This document shows, one piece after another, positions 35,505-45,591 of a stretch of 64,000 bases of DNA. Position numbers and translations under genes: made by a program. Below the pieces are notes generated by a model. The model was not told where the DNA came from and did no database searches. It saw only the letters and a list, made by a program, of their open reading frames with translations. The stretch comes from a virus. Taxonomy: Duplodnaviria > Heunggongvirae > Uroviricota > Caudoviricetes. Every line of letters starts with the position of its first letter. Positions within the stretch are counted from its first letter, which is position 1. Where the stretch lies: IMG/VR virus record IMGVR_UViG_3300040801_001158, positions 73,359 through 137,358 of that record; one strand, written 5' to 3'.

Positions 35505-35861
35505 ATGAAAACATTTGAAAACACAATCAAAACATCAGGTCAAGGTCTTTGGTCTCGAGTTAAAAAATCTGTCAAGGTTACAAGCCTTGACGTTTCAATA
35601 TACACCGACATGGACACTGGCGAAGAAAACTTCGGTGAACTTCGGGTTTATTTCGATACAAAAACGTGGAATACTCAAATATCAGGTCTTATCTATACAG
35701 ACCGTGGGTTCATTGAAACTTTACAAAAGAAATTAGATGAAGTTGGTCTTGCTGGTTTTAACGTCGATTACAGCGAGCAAGGCATGCAAGGTTATGATTA
35801 TGTTAGTTTAGACATTGGTTCTAAATTTATTAAAAGTTGGAGAGAATATGAAGCCAAGTGA
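35505..35861 (+). CDS. hypothetical protein (118 aa)
   Basis: ggaaactatattATG. Confidence 0.45.
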   Translation: MKTFENTIKTSGQGLWSRVKKSVKVTSLDVSIYTDMDTGEENFGELRVYFDTKTWNTQISGLIYTDRGFIETLQKKLDEVGLAGFNVDYSEQGMQGYDYVSLDIGSKFIKSWREYEAK

Positions 35862-37134
35862 TATTATAAAGTTGTTAGAGTCTGACAATAGTCGACTCTT
35901 TAAAGAAGAAACAATCCGTAATCATATTGATGTTGAAGACTTTCAAAAAGGTCTTCTGCTAGCATTGGATAGTATGATTACGTTTGGCGTTGTGAAGAAC
36001 ATTCCAGTTCAAACTGAAGATGGTCCAGGGCTATCTTTTGAAGAATTTAAAGTCCTCGCTGACAAATTAAGGCTACGACAACTGACGGGCCACGCTGCTC
36101 GCGATGAGATTCAAAGAGTAGCCAATATAGCAACTGCTGACGAATGGAATTACTGGTATTCTCGCATCCTTTTAAAAGACCTTAAATGCGGCACATCTGA
36201 AAAAACAATTGCAAACGCACTCAAGGGAACTGGACATAAATTTAAAGTTCCTGTCTTTACTTGCATGCTTGCGCACGATGGTGCAAAACATGAAAAGAAA
36301 ATCAAAGGCAAATGCTTCTTAGAATACAAATATGATGGCGTTCGTGTCGTTGCTATTGTTCAAAATGGTGTTGCAACACTGCATAGTCGTAACGGTAAAA
36401 TATTCAACAACTTTCCTCATATCAATATGGCACTCTCTAATACTGACCTTGAAGGCATGGTTATTGATGGTGAAGTAATGAGTGAAAACTTCCAAAAACT
36501 TATGACTCAAGTCAATAGAAAATCTGAGGTTGATACAAGTGATTCATATCTTGCCGTGTTTGATATGTTACCACTTGAAGAGTTTAAAAAAGGTAAATCT
36601 TCAAGAAAAGCTATTGACCGTTTTGTTGCTATGAGAGAAACTTTCAATGGATACAGTGATTGTATTAAACCAGTTGACGCGCATTTAACTGACTTGGATA
36701 CTGAAGACGGCCAACAGTTTTTTAAACAATTTAATAAAGAAGCAATTGATAAAGGCTACGAAGGTTTAATGATTAAACCATTTGATGAAGTCTATACATG
36801 CAAACGTTCAACTGCTTGGTTGAAAATGAAACCTTTCATTGAAGTTACACTTGAGATTGTTGCATTGGAAGAAGGAACTGGTAAATATGAAGGTATGCTT
36901 GGTGCAATTGTTGGTCACGGTATTGATGATGGTTTGGAAATTAAAGTTAACGTAGGCTCTGGTTTATCAGATAAACAGCGCGAAGAAATTTGGGCAATGC
37001 AAGACGAGACACTTGGTCAACTCATGGAAGTCCGTGCAGATGCTGTAACTAAATCTCGTGATGGTGATTTTTACAGTTTAAGATTTCCGCGTTTCAAAAC
37101 ATTCCGCGGATTTACAAAAGGCGAGAAAATATAA
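35848..37134 (+). CDS. ATP-dependent DNA ligase (428 aa)
   Basis: Motif I EYKYDGVRV (KxDGxR adenylation lysine); ribosome-binding site ttggagagaatATG. Confidence 0.7.
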   Translation: MKPSDIIKLLESDNSRLFKEETIRNHIDVEDFQKGLLLALDSMITFGVVKNIPVQTEDGPGLSFEEFKVLADKLRLRQLTGHAARDEIQRVANIATADEWNYWYSRILLKDLKCGTSEKTIANALKGTGHKFKVPVFTCMLAHDGAKHEKKIKGKCFLEYKYDGVRVVAIVQNGVATLHSRNGKIFNNFPHINMALSNTDLEGMVIDGEVMSENFQKLMTQVNRKSEVDTSDSYLAVFDMLPLEEFKKGKSSRKAIDRFVAMRETFNGYSDCIKPVDAHLTDLDTEDGQQFFKQFNKEAIDKGYEGLMIKPFDEVYTCKRSTAWLKMKPFIEVTLEIVALEEGTGKYEGMLGAIVGHGIDDGLEIKVNVGSGLSDKQREEIWAMQDETLGQLMEVRADAVTKSRDGDFYSLRFPRFKTFRGFTKGEKI

Positions 37135-38048
37135 TGATTAAGATTCACGACAAACTTTGGTATGTCATTACTACAGACGAAGATAGTAATCTGGCATACA
37201 TGACTCATCTCGGAAAAGATGCAGCATTTGAGAAGAGAAAGGATACTGGTGAAAGATGGGCCAAAGGTGGACGTTACTATTATAATAGAAATCTGCCTAC
37301 TAAAACTCCGCAAAGTTTTGAATGTGATAATGGACCATTAACTGGTTTTATTATATCAGAAAGTGTATCAAGGTGGTCTACTTCAAACAAACTTTTTAGA
37401 GTAATTGATCCACGAGGGTTTGTTGTTGAAGTTCCAACAGGTAATATAAGCACACTTCTTAAATATACTACAGTTATTCATGGTACTGTCCAAGAACCAT
37501 GCGTTTGGGGTAGAGAAGGTAATAATCACATATTATTACCAGAAGGGAGCGAACCATATAACTTATCTTTAAAACAAAGCAAAATGTCTGCAGCTGCTGT
37601 GAATGTTTCTCAGGTTCCTAGAAATAGTATAGTTAAACTTACCGCGGACGGCGATAATTATATTTACTTAGGAAAAGGAAAAATTACGTGGAAGGTGGAT
37701 ATGTTTTTAAAAGAAAGGCACAGTACATATTGGAATCGTCACGATAAAGGACGAGCAGATCCTAAATATATCGACACTAGGATTGTAGAAGATAGTAAAT
37801 ATACACATTTCTTTAAACATGATAATCTTAAACGTAGTGATTGGATTGATACGTACTATACAAAAAAAGTTATACCATCTGGTAAAATATCGATAGAAAA
37901 ACATGATGTAATGGATTCGACATACTACTGTCCGAGCAAAATTACACAGACAGAAGTTGATAATCTATATAACACGACACCAATTAATTCAAACGAATAT
38001 TTTGCTGCAAGTGGCAAATTACATTCAATTAAAATGTGGGGTGGGTAA
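37134..38048 (+). CDS. hypothetical protein (304 aa)
   Basis: ORF. Confidence 0.5.
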   Translation: MIKIHDKLWYVITTDEDSNLAYMTHLGKDAAFEKRKDTGERWAKGGRYYYNRNLPTKTPQSFECDNGPLTGFIISESVSRWSTSNKLFRVIDPRGFVVEVPTGNISTLLKYTTVIHGTVQEPCVWGREGNNHILLPEGSEPYNLSLKQSKMSAAAVNVSQVPRNSIVKLTADGDNYIYLGKGKITWKVDMFLKERHSTYWNRHDKGRADPKYIDTRIVEDSKYTHFFKHDNLKRSDWIDTYYTKKVIPSGKISIEKHDVMDSTYYCPSKITQTEVDNLYNTTPINSNEYFAASGKLHSIKMWGG

Positions 38049-38494
38049 TGAAAAAAGAAGTAACATACATAGATATTAAAAATGCAGTAGAAATAATTAA
38101 CGGTGTAGTCGATAGAATCGGTGATAGATCGCTTAAAGTATTAAAAGAAATTCATGAAATTCAACGCGTACAGTGCGTAGATTCTTTATATCTCGACACA
38201 ATAGAATCTCATGGATCCGAAGAATTACTCGCGAAATTTACTGGTGAAGATAGATATGAAAATTATCAAACGGTTAATTCGTATTTTCCTTTAGAAATAT
38301 TCCTTAGCGAAAAGAAGAAAGAGCAATACTTGACTGATCTCAAAAAGACCATGGAGGACTCACTTAACAGAGAACGTATTCGCGAGAAGCAAAGAGCCGA
38401 TGCTAAGAAAATGAAAGAATACGAAAAGTATATTGAATTAAAGGCAAAATTTGAAAATGATTCAGAAAAAAGTTTACAAGCCAATTCCTTATAG
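38048..38494 (+). CDS. hypothetical protein with coiled-coil C-terminus (148 aa)
   Basis: ggggtgggtaATG. Confidence 0.45.
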   Translation: MKKEVTYIDIKNAVEIINGVVDRIGDRSLKVLKEIHEIQRVQCVDSLYLDTIESHGSEELLAKFTGEDRYENYQTVNSYFPLEIFLSEKKKEQYLTDLKKTMEDSLNRERIREKQRADAKKMKEYEKYIELKAKFENDSEKSLQANSL

Positions 38495-38639
38495 AGATGG
38501 TAATACTATCGTAAATAAGTATGTTGAAAGAGAAGTAATGCGTGGTGGGTTTGTTGCTGATGTAACCTACGTGGATTTTAAAGATAAAAAGAACAGACTA
38601 AACGAAAGATTTGTTATGTTTGTAAAGTGGAGATAGATA

Positions 38640-38846
38640 ATGGTAGTATTTCTTGGTGTCGTATTCTGGTTTCTCATAAACATATGGGCAACCATGGCAG
38701 TATTCTTTATGACTGTGCCGACGTTTGGCGAAGCGTTATTCGCAGGTCTATGGTGGCAAAAAATTATCGGTATAATACTTTGGTCTATTGTATTATTTAG
38801 TTGGTACCATTTAGCAAGTGGTTTTTCTTGGAGCACCCCAGTATGA
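38640..38846 (+). CDS. small membrane protein (68 aa)
   Basis: Hydrophobic throughout. Confidence 0.35.
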   Translation: MVVFLGVVFWFLINIWATMAVFFMTVPTFGEALFAGLWWQKIIGIILWSIVLFSWYHLASGFSWSTPV

Positions 38847-39033
38847 CGTTATTATTTGTTGTGTGTTATTGGTTGTGTGTAATGATAGATTGGAAATACG
38901 ACCAAGATTTTTTTAAAATTCTCAGTTTAATATTATTTGTACCTATGTGTTATTTCATGTTTTTAGATATTCAAGAGAATTGGCCTGCAGCTAAAGCTAG
39001 TTTTTGTGCAGTGGAGTAAGAGTGGAGTAAGTT

Positions 39034-39255
39034 ATGACAGTATATGAATTATTAGTTGAATTAAAGAAATTAGAAGAAGCGGGTTATGGTGACACAACAA
39101 TTTGTGTTGAAGCAGACCACGGTCAGCAAACAACAAACGCATGTTCCGTAACACTTGAAAATTACAGTGAAGATGATGAGTGTTGTGTCCATGAGGACGA
39201 CCTTCCTGAATATGAAGGCTATGACTTGACTAAAATGGTTGTAATTTATGGTTGA
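39034..39255 (+). CDS. hypothetical acidic protein (73 aa)
   Basis: ORF. Confidence 0.4.
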   Translation: MTVYELLVELKKLEEAGYGDTTICVEADHGQQTTNACSVTLENYSEDDECCVHEDDLPEYEGYDLTKMVVIYG

Positions 39256-39280
39256 CATTTGGTTCCAATTGTGTTATAAT
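39252..39280 (+). promoter_or_regulatory. early promoter-leader cassette
   Basis: ttgacatttggttccaattgtgttataatagatacataaaataaggaaagaaattATG. Confidence 0.55.
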
Positions 39281-39306
39281 AGATACATAAAATAAGGAAA
39301 GAAATT

Positions 39307-39636
39307 ATGTCAGAACAAGAAATCGTTAAAGTATATAAGTCACAGTTCAATGTATACACTGTTACTCAAACAGTGGATGATGGTGATACGTTATATATTT
39401 CTTTAAGCAACGAGAACCTTCGCGCCAGAACAACATCATATGACATCTACGACACAATGGAAGAAGTAAACGAGATAATGGCTGCTATTGATAGTAAGCA
39501 ACTGATGCTCAGTCTAATCGAAAGTTGTGAATCTGAAGTTACTGGATATTATGGCGATGCTTTATATTGTATCACTGATGATAGTTACGAAAAATTAGCA
39601 GAAGTTTTATTGGCTAATCTAAATAAATTTAAATAG
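39307..39636 (+). CDS. hypothetical protein (109 aa)
   Basis: ORF. Confidence 0.45.
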   Translation: MSEQEIVKVYKSQFNVYTVTQTVDDGDTLYISLSNENLRARTTSYDIYDTMEEVNEIMAAIDSKQLMLSLIESCESEVTGYYGDALYCITDDSYEKLAEVLLANLNKFK

Positions 39637-39657
39637 CGGCTGTATAAGGAAAAGATT

Positions 39658-40569
39658 ATGAATAAACCAAAAATTATCCTGACTGTCGGTGCGGCAGGTT
39701 CAGGTAAAACGACTTGGGCAGAAAACTATGTTATCGACCGCATGGTAGAAAACAAAGACGCGAAATGGTCGAATCTAAACCGAGATGAAGTTCGTTTTGA
39801 ATTGTTCTGTGATGGAAAAAGAGATTGGACTAAGTACAAATTCAAAAAGGCAAACGAAAATAAAGTCACTGAGATTATCGGTCTTAAAACGCACTTTGCA
39901 CTAAAACATAAAGTGAATATTATTGTTTCTGACACGAATCTAAATACTGCTTTCCGAGATAATTGGAGACAAGTGGCGTTAGATAATGGTTATGATTATG
40001 AAGAAGTTTCATTCGAAGTTCCATGGACTGAATTAGTCAAACGTAACATCCAACGTGAAGGTGGTATTGATACTAAAGTGCTTCGTCAACAATTCCTACG
40101 AATGGAAGAATATCTTGGTCGTAAAACTTATACACCAGATACTTCTAAACCAAAAGCAGTTATTGTCGATGTTGATGGTACAGTCGCTGACATGGAAGGT
40201 ATTCGTAAACCATATGAATGGCATAAAGTTAAGAATGACCGTCCACGTGAAATGGTACTCGCAATGGTAAATGGGTTGGCAAATAATGGTCATAAGATTA
40301 TCTTTTTAAGTGGTCGAGACGGGGCATGTCACGATGATACTTTCGATTGGTTGCGTTCTCGTTTTGGCAACTTTGAAAAACTTCTTATGCGTGAAGCAGA
40401 TGATATGCGTAAAGATTTTATCATCAAGGAAGAATTATTCTGGCTTGTTGCTGACGAATATAACATTGTCGGTGCAATCGATGATCGCCATCAGGTACTT
40501 CGCTTGTGGGAAGAACTTGGTATTGAGAATGTTATCAATGTGAACCGTGGAGTTTATAACGAATTTTAA
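39658..40569 (+). CDS. pseT: polynucleotide 5'-kinase / 3'-phosphatase (T4 Pnk/PseT-like), 303 aa
   Basis: N-terminal P-loop ILTVGAAGSGKTTWA. HAD phosphatase motif AVIVDVDGTVADM (DxDGT). Size matches T4 Pnk (301 aa). Confidence 0.8.
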   Translation: MNKPKIILTVGAAGSGKTTWAENYVIDRMVENKDAKWSNLNRDEVRFELFCDGKRDWTKYKFKKANENKVTEIIGLKTHFALKHKVNIIVSDTNLNTAFRDNWRQVALDNGYDYEEVSFEVPWTELVKRNIQREGGIDTKVLRQQFLRMEEYLGRKTYTPDTSKPKAVIVDVDGTVADMEGIRKPYEWHKVKNDRPREMVLAMVNGLANNGHKIIFLSGRDGACHDDTFDWLRSRFGNFEKLLMREADDMRKDFIIKEELFWLVADEYNIVGAIDDRHQVLRLWEELGIENVINVNRGVYNEF

Positions 40570-40586
40570 ATAAATGAAAATAATTG

Positions 40587-40615
40587 TTGACTTTACCTTA
40601 TGATTAGATTATAAT
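40587..40615 (+). promoter_or_regulatory. early promoter-leader cassette
   Basis: ttgactttaccttatgattagattataat. Confidence 0.5.
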
Positions 40616-40646
40616 AGATCTATAAATTGAAATAAGGAATTAAATT

Positions 40647-41126
40647 ATGTATACTAAAGAAAACACTTATTGGAACAGCAAAGGTCAATATCAATCTGAA
40701 TTTGACCGTCTTATAAAACTAATGCCTATGTCAGGCAATTCAAATGTGGTGGCAGGCGAAATGATTCGTGCTGCCAACCGTCTCGTTTACGATTACTACA
40801 ATAACGGTATGTATAACAACACATCTGGAGCGTTAGAATATCTCTATCATAAAGGTGTAATTAATCAAGATACATATTACGAGCTTCTCCCAGAATGCGT
40901 GAGAGAAGGTTACACCGAATCTAACCTTGATGAAACTCTTGATGGGCTTGTAGATTCTGTTATCGAACATATCCACAAATATCCACACCTTGAAACAAAA
41001 GAAAACACTGAAGATATTTTTGATTTTCAGGAAGATTCAGTATATGAAGGAGAAGAATGCTACAACTGTGGAGAAACTATAGATTGTTATTCTGGTTGTA
41101 CGTGTGAAGAAGATGAGGAGTATTAA
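40647..41126 (+). CDS. hypothetical protein with Cys-rich acidic tail (159 aa)
   Basis: ORF. Confidence 0.45.
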   Translation: MYTKENTYWNSKGQYQSEFDRLIKLMPMSGNSNVVAGEMIRAANRLVYDYYNNGMYNNTSGALEYLYHKGVINQDTYYELLPECVREGYTESNLDETLDGLVDSVIEHIHKYPHLETKENTEDIFDFQEDSVYEGEECYNCGETIDCYSGCTCEEDEEY

Positions 41127-41129
41127 ATA

Positions 41130-41312
41130 ATGCCTATTTGTGAAATATGCGGATCTCTTGGAGCCATCGAACGAATTTATAAAAACACAATCAACTTAAA
41201 TGATGATACAGTCGAAGTTGATTGTCATTATACAGAATGTTTAATATGCGGGTGCGACTATGTAACACCAGAACAACTAACACTAAATAAAGAAATTGTG
41301 GAAAAATATTAA
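41130..41312 (+). CDS. zinc-ribbon small protein (60 aa)
   Basis: CEICGS...CHYTECLICGC. Confidence 0.4.
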   Translation: MPICEICGSLGAIERIYKNTINLNDDTVEVDCHYTECLICGCDYVTPEQLTLNKEIVEKY

Positions 41313-41321
41313 AAATAAGTG

Positions 41322-41350
41322 TTGACTTTTCGTTTTGATTATGATATAAT
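41322..41350 (+). promoter_or_regulatory. early promoter-leader cassette
   Basis: ttgacttttcgttttgattatgatataat. Confidence 0.5.
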
Positions 41351-41380
41351 AGTCTTATCAAACGAGGAAAGGAATTAAAA

Positions 41381-41671
41381 ATGAATATTGAAGTAGAATT
41401 AGAAATCATTCGCAATCAGCCTGTAGGTATCTTCACAGAAAAGTTTCCAGGGATTGAAATTACGCCTACACATTTTTCATTCACTTACCTCATATTAACC
41501 ACGGAAGAATGGTTTTGGTGGTCTTATGATACCGAGACGTGGAGACCACTAACTCAAAATTCAATCACGAGACACTTGAAGGATTTTAGGAGTATGCAAG
41601 ATATTGCTCGAATAATAAGTGATGTTAATAATGCAGTCTATGTACCAAATAAGGGATGGTTGCCTGCATAA
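41381..41671 (+). CDS. hypothetical protein (96 aa)
   Basis: ORF. Confidence 0.45.
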   Translation: MNIEVELEIIRNQPVGIFTEKFPGIEITPTHFSFTYLILTTEEWFWWSYDTETWRPLTQNSITRHLKDFRSMQDIARIISDVNNAVYVPNKGWLPA

Positions 41672-41676
41672 AGTTG

Positions 41677-41705
41677 TTGACATTTCCCTTTGATTATGAT
41701 ATAAT
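41677..41705 (+). promoter_or_regulatory. early promoter-leader cassette
   Basis: ttgacatttccctttgattatgatataat. Confidence 0.55.
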
Positions 41706-41735
41706 AGTCTCATAAAATGAATTAAGGAATATATT

Positions 41736-42176
41736 ATGAATACAACTACCCTTGCTCAAGAAATTGAATTAGCTAACCAAGAAATGGAGGCAATTGCTGT
41801 TGAAGCAAACACAGTAACTGTTATCCTAACCCAAGTCCGTGAAAACTACGGTACTCACGCCTGGGATGGTGAAGGCGAAGTTCCTCAGTACTGGAAAAAC
41901 AAGGGTGGTTCAGTTTATATCTTTGAAGGTGTACTAACGTCTGCTCAAAAAACTCAGATTGAAAAAGCAATCAATTCAGCTGACGACCACTATGAGGAAT
42001 GTGTTGTAATGCTTAAAGAAACTAACAACCCAACACAATTCTACGACGAGTGGGAAGAGCCTTTAATCCTTTCATTTGAAGGTGAACAACTAATCATGAC
42101 TGAAGAAGTAAAGTTCAATGACTTAGGTTTTATCAAATTTGAAATGTACCCAGGCGGGCTAAGAAACAAAGTTTAA
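41736..42176 (+). CDS. hypothetical protein (146 aa)
   Basis: ORF. Confidence 0.45.
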   Translation: MNTTTLAQEIELANQEMEAIAVEANTVTVILTQVRENYGTHAWDGEGEVPQYWKNKGGSVYIFEGVLTSAQKTQIEKAINSADDHYEECVVMLKETNNPTQFYDEWEEPLILSFEGEQLIMTEEVKFNDLGFIKFEMYPGGLRNKV

Positions 42177-42198
42177 ACAACTAAAAGGAAAAACTAAA

Positions 42199-42414
42199 AT
42201 GATTAAAAGAGACCCAGCAATGAACAAGTATAATGATCGTCGTCATGATAAGCTTAAAGGAAACCAAAAATTCGTTGTAACTAAGCCTTGTGGTTCAAAA
42301 ATCAATGTTTATACTAACGAAGGATTAGAGGCCATGCTTGAAAGCGGTTCAATACCAGAAGATTCTCTGATTCAATTATCATCATCAACAAATAATTCCA
42401 GCGTATTCAAATAA
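42199..42414 (+). CDS. hypothetical protein (71 aa)
   Basis: aaaggaaaaactaaaATG. Confidence 0.4.
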   Translation: MIKRDPAMNKYNDRRHDKLKGNQKFVVTKPCGSKINVYTNEGLEAMLESGSIPEDSLIQLSSSTNNSSVFK

Positions 42415-42423
42415 GAGGAGATT

Positions 42424-42708
42424 ATGGAATACTATAATTCAAATGAGTTTATAGCATTAAGTTGGGCATGGGGAATTGCAATCATATGGGTTGTTGGATT
42501 CATAACAGTTTATTTTACAGTAGAACAGAAGGATTATGTCTCAGGAATGACGACAGTATTCTTTTTAGGGATATTCTGGCAATTTGCTCTAATCATAGCA
42601 TTGTTTCTTGGATTCACATTAGCAATGGTCGGAGCAGGTAAAGTCGCACTGTGGATATTCACATGCACAATGAATAGTATATTTGGTGGAACAAGAGGAA
42701 CGAGATAA
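42424..42708 (+). CDS. small membrane protein (94 aa)
   Basis: Three hydrophobic segments. Confidence 0.4.
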   Translation: MEYYNSNEFIALSWAWGIAIIWVVGFITVYFTVEQKDYVSGMTTVFFLGIFWQFALIIALFLGFTLAMVGAGKVALWIFTCTMNSIFGGTRGTR

Positions 42709-43634
42709 TGATTCCATTTAGCAAAATTGGACAATTTAGAAATATTGTAAAAGACATGAGTTACATCAACGTGAATCATGGAGTGCAACAATTGACATTC
42801 CAGGGCACGGTGAAACTTCATGGTACCAATGCCGCGGTTGGATACAAAGATGGGAAAATCTGGTATCAAAGTCGTAGTCAAGTAATCACTTCTGAGAATG
42901 ATAACTATGGTTTCGTTGCTGCTCAATCTGAGTATCAACGAGATTGGATTAAATTCCTATGTAGTATCGACAGAGATGATGTGATTGTCCATGGCGAATG
43001 GTGTGGTAAAGGAATCCAAAAAGGTGTCGCTATTGCTGAACTACCTAAGATGTTTGTGATATTCAAAGTAACAGTTAAGGGTGTTGATATGCCTGTTGAT
43101 TGTGTTAACAAAATGGCAATACCACCAAACGTGCATTTTATCATAGACTTCCCAACATACACAGTTCAAATTGATACTGAGTTTCCAGGAAAATCTTCAA
43201 ACGAACTCGCTACTATTACAGACGAAGTTGAAAATGAATGTCCAGTTGGTAAACACTTCGGTGTGAGTTCAGTTGGTGAAGGTGTCGTATGGAAATGCAC
43301 AAACCCTGATTATTCTAACTTGATATTCAAAGTGAAAGGTCAGAAACACTCAGTTTCTAAAGTCAAAAAGATTGCTTCAGTCGACACTGAGTTGCTTGCA
43401 AGTATTGAAGAATTTGTTAACTATGCTGCAACTGATGAAAGGTTGGAGCAAGGTGTTAAGGAAGTTGGACTTGACCAAAAACTATTTGGCAACTATATGA
43501 AGTGGGTTATGACTGATATTCACACTGAAGAATCAGACGTACTCGAAAAGAATGGACTTGTAATGAAGCAAGTTTCTAAAGCGTTATCAAATAGAGCGCG
43601 GAAGTTTTATTTGAATAAATTGGATATGGTATAA
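42708..43634 (+). CDS. RNA ligase, Rnl2-like (T4 RnlB family), 308 aa
   Basis: Motif I GTVKLHGTN resembles EKIHGTN, with the active-site lysine. Size and layout fit the nucleotidyltransferase plus C-terminal domain arrangement. Confidence 0.65.
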   Translation: MIPFSKIGQFRNIVKDMSYINVNHGVQQLTFQGTVKLHGTNAAVGYKDGKIWYQSRSQVITSENDNYGFVAAQSEYQRDWIKFLCSIDRDDVIVHGEWCGKGIQKGVAIAELPKMFVIFKVTVKGVDMPVDCVNKMAIPPNVHFIIDFPTYTVQIDTEFPGKSSNELATITDEVENECPVGKHFGVSSVGEGVVWKCTNPDYSNLIFKVKGQKHSVSKVKKIASVDTELLASIEEFVNYAATDERLEQGVKEVGLDQKLFGNYMKWVMTDIHTEESDVLEKNGLVMKQVSKALSNRARKFYLNKLDMV

Positions 43635-44044
43635 TGAATATTAAACATAAATCAATATGCAAAGACACAGATGCAATTGCTAAACTGTATTCTGAAAAGG
43701 AGGGCGTGCCAATTAAGTATGTGCTAACGAGCGACCTGCTTCGTTCTGATGATCCTGTTGACATATTTTACAGGGATACTCCGCACCCCAAATTTGGCAA
43801 CCATTATTTTGGTATCTGTTTTAAAGGAGATGTAGGATATATTTGTGATGCAGACATAATTGAAGGGCAGGTGATATGTTGTGTTAATGACGATGAAGGT
43901 ATGTTACAATATAGCGAATCTCACCATACTTATAAAAGGTTTAAAAACGGAAACATGATTGATGGCGGTCGGCTGTACTATCGTTATTCAGGAATTCCTG
44001 TATTTTTTGAAATAAAAAATGGCAGCATCACTATCAGCATTTAG
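43634..44044 (+). CDS. hypothetical protein (136 aa)
   Basis: ORF. Confidence 0.45.
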   Translation: MNIKHKSICKDTDAIAKLYSEKEGVPIKYVLTSDLLRSDDPVDIFYRDTPHPKFGNHYFGICFKGDVGYICDADIIEGQVICCVNDDEGMLQYSESHHTYKRFKNGNMIDGGRLYYRYSGIPVFFEIKNGSITISI

Positions 44045-44224
44045 TTTGGAGTTTTAAATGGCAAAGTTATTATTTTTATTTATAAGCATACCGTTATTTT
44101 TGGTTATAACGATTGCTGAGATAATTTACAAAGAATCAAAAAGAATAATTAGTGAAACTAAAGCCAGCGAAATATTTTTAGAAAATTTTCAAGACTTAAA
44201 AATATTATTTAGTAGGATTAATAG

Positions 44225-44253
44225 TTGACATTAACAAGTGTCTTTGTTATAAT
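44225..44253 (+). promoter_or_regulatory. early promoter
   Basis: ttgacattaacaagtgtctttgttataat. Confidence 0.5.
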
Positions 44254-44288
44254 AATAAACATACAAAATTGAATAAAAGAATTAAATT

Positions 44289-44909
44289 ATGAATATATTT
44301 GTACTCAATTTAGACCCAGTGATTGCTGCACAAGAACAGTGTAACGCACACGTAGTAAAAATGATTGTTGAGAGTGCCCAAATGCTTTCTACAGCCCACA
44401 GAGTACTTGATGGTAAGTTGGTATACGATCTATCAGCTAAAGGCAGAAAGATTACTAGATATGTACTAGAAGAACATGGAGATCTATTCTATAAATCTGT
44501 GCACGTGAATCATCCTTCGACTGTATGGACACGTGAATCTATCGAAAATTATAATTGGCACTATAAACACTTTGTTGCTCTGTGTAAAGAGTACACATAT
44601 CGTTATGGTAAAATCCATGCAACTGAGGCTAGACTCTTAGAACTACTTGCAACTCCTCCAAAAAATATTCCTAACGGACAACTAACACCTTTCAAATTAG
44701 CAATGAAAGCTAATCCTGAGTGCATTAAAGAATGTCCTGTTGAATCTTATCAGCGATATTATGCAACTAAAGTTGATCGTTTTAAAATGATTTGGTCTAA
44801 TCGGCAAGTTCCTGCGTGGTTTATAAAATATGTGGGTGAAAATGAAATAAGTAGAATAGAAAATTCTTTTGGTGTTCCGAGAGAACTACTTGGAACAAAT
44901 GTGCATTAG
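44289..44909 (+). CDS. hypothetical protein (206 aa)
   Basis: ORF. Confidence 0.45.
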   Translation: MNIFVLNLDPVIAAQEQCNAHVVKMIVESAQMLSTAHRVLDGKLVYDLSAKGRKITRYVLEEHGDLFYKSVHVNHPSTVWTRESIENYNWHYKHFVALCKEYTYRYGKIHATEARLLELLATPPKNIPNGQLTPFKLAMKANPECIKECPVESYQRYYATKVDRFKMIWSNRQVPAWFIKYVGENEISRIENSFGVPRELLGTNVH

Positions 44910-45160
44910 CCATTTGTGTTATAAAAAGGAGGAACAATAATGGAGATATCAGTAATAGTATTCATTACTGCCGTCATTTTTACAATATTAGGATATATTA
45001 TGTGTGCTAGTATAATTACTCCTAGACTCACGGCTGTTATCATTAGAAATCTGATAAATTCTGGGTATTTGAAAACGAAAGGTGAAGGTAAACATAAAGT
45101 AATATTGAAATATGATCAAGAGTAAATTAGTTAAACTTAAAAACAATGGAGAAACAAAAT

Positions 45161-45412
45161 ATGACAGATAATAATACATCTTATAAAGTAGCGGCAGACG
45201 AACTTCGAGAATTTGTTGATCGTATGGAAAGGCTTGAAGAAAACAAGCAAGTTGTTATGTCAGATCAAAAAGAAGTACTAAATGAAGCAAAAGATAAAGG
45301 TTACGATGCAAAAACTATTCGTAAAATTATCGCTATTCGTAAGCGCGATAAAATGGATTTGGATACAGAAGAAGCATTACTTACAATGTATCGTGAAGCA
45401 TTAGGAATGTAA
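45161..45412 (+). CDS. hypothetical protein (83 aa)
   Basis: ggagaaacaaaatATG. Confidence 0.4.
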   Translation: MTDNNTSYKVAADELREFVDRMERLEENKQVVMSDQKEVLNEAKDKGYDAKTIRKIIAIRKRDKMDLDTEEALLTMYREALGM

Positions 45413-45529
45413 CTAATGGACAGTTTGTTACCGGTTTAATATACAAACTGTCTATTTAAAAAGGATGGCTTAATTGCTGTCCTTTTTAGTATCTAGCAAC
45501 TGAAAATGAATTTTTTCTAAAATCAACTA

Positions 45530-45558
45530 TTGACATATCCCAGTGATTAGATTATAAT
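45530..45558 (+). promoter_or_regulatory. early promoter-leader cassette
   Basis: ttgacatatcccagtgattagattataat. Confidence 0.55.
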
Positions 45559-45591
45559 AGATTTATAAATTAATAAAGGAAACACAATATT

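Noticed and set aside
44289-44909. T4 endonuclease V / pyrimidine-dimer glycosylase
   Set aside because: Only a vague N-terminal resemblance (NL...E..QML); not enough to call.
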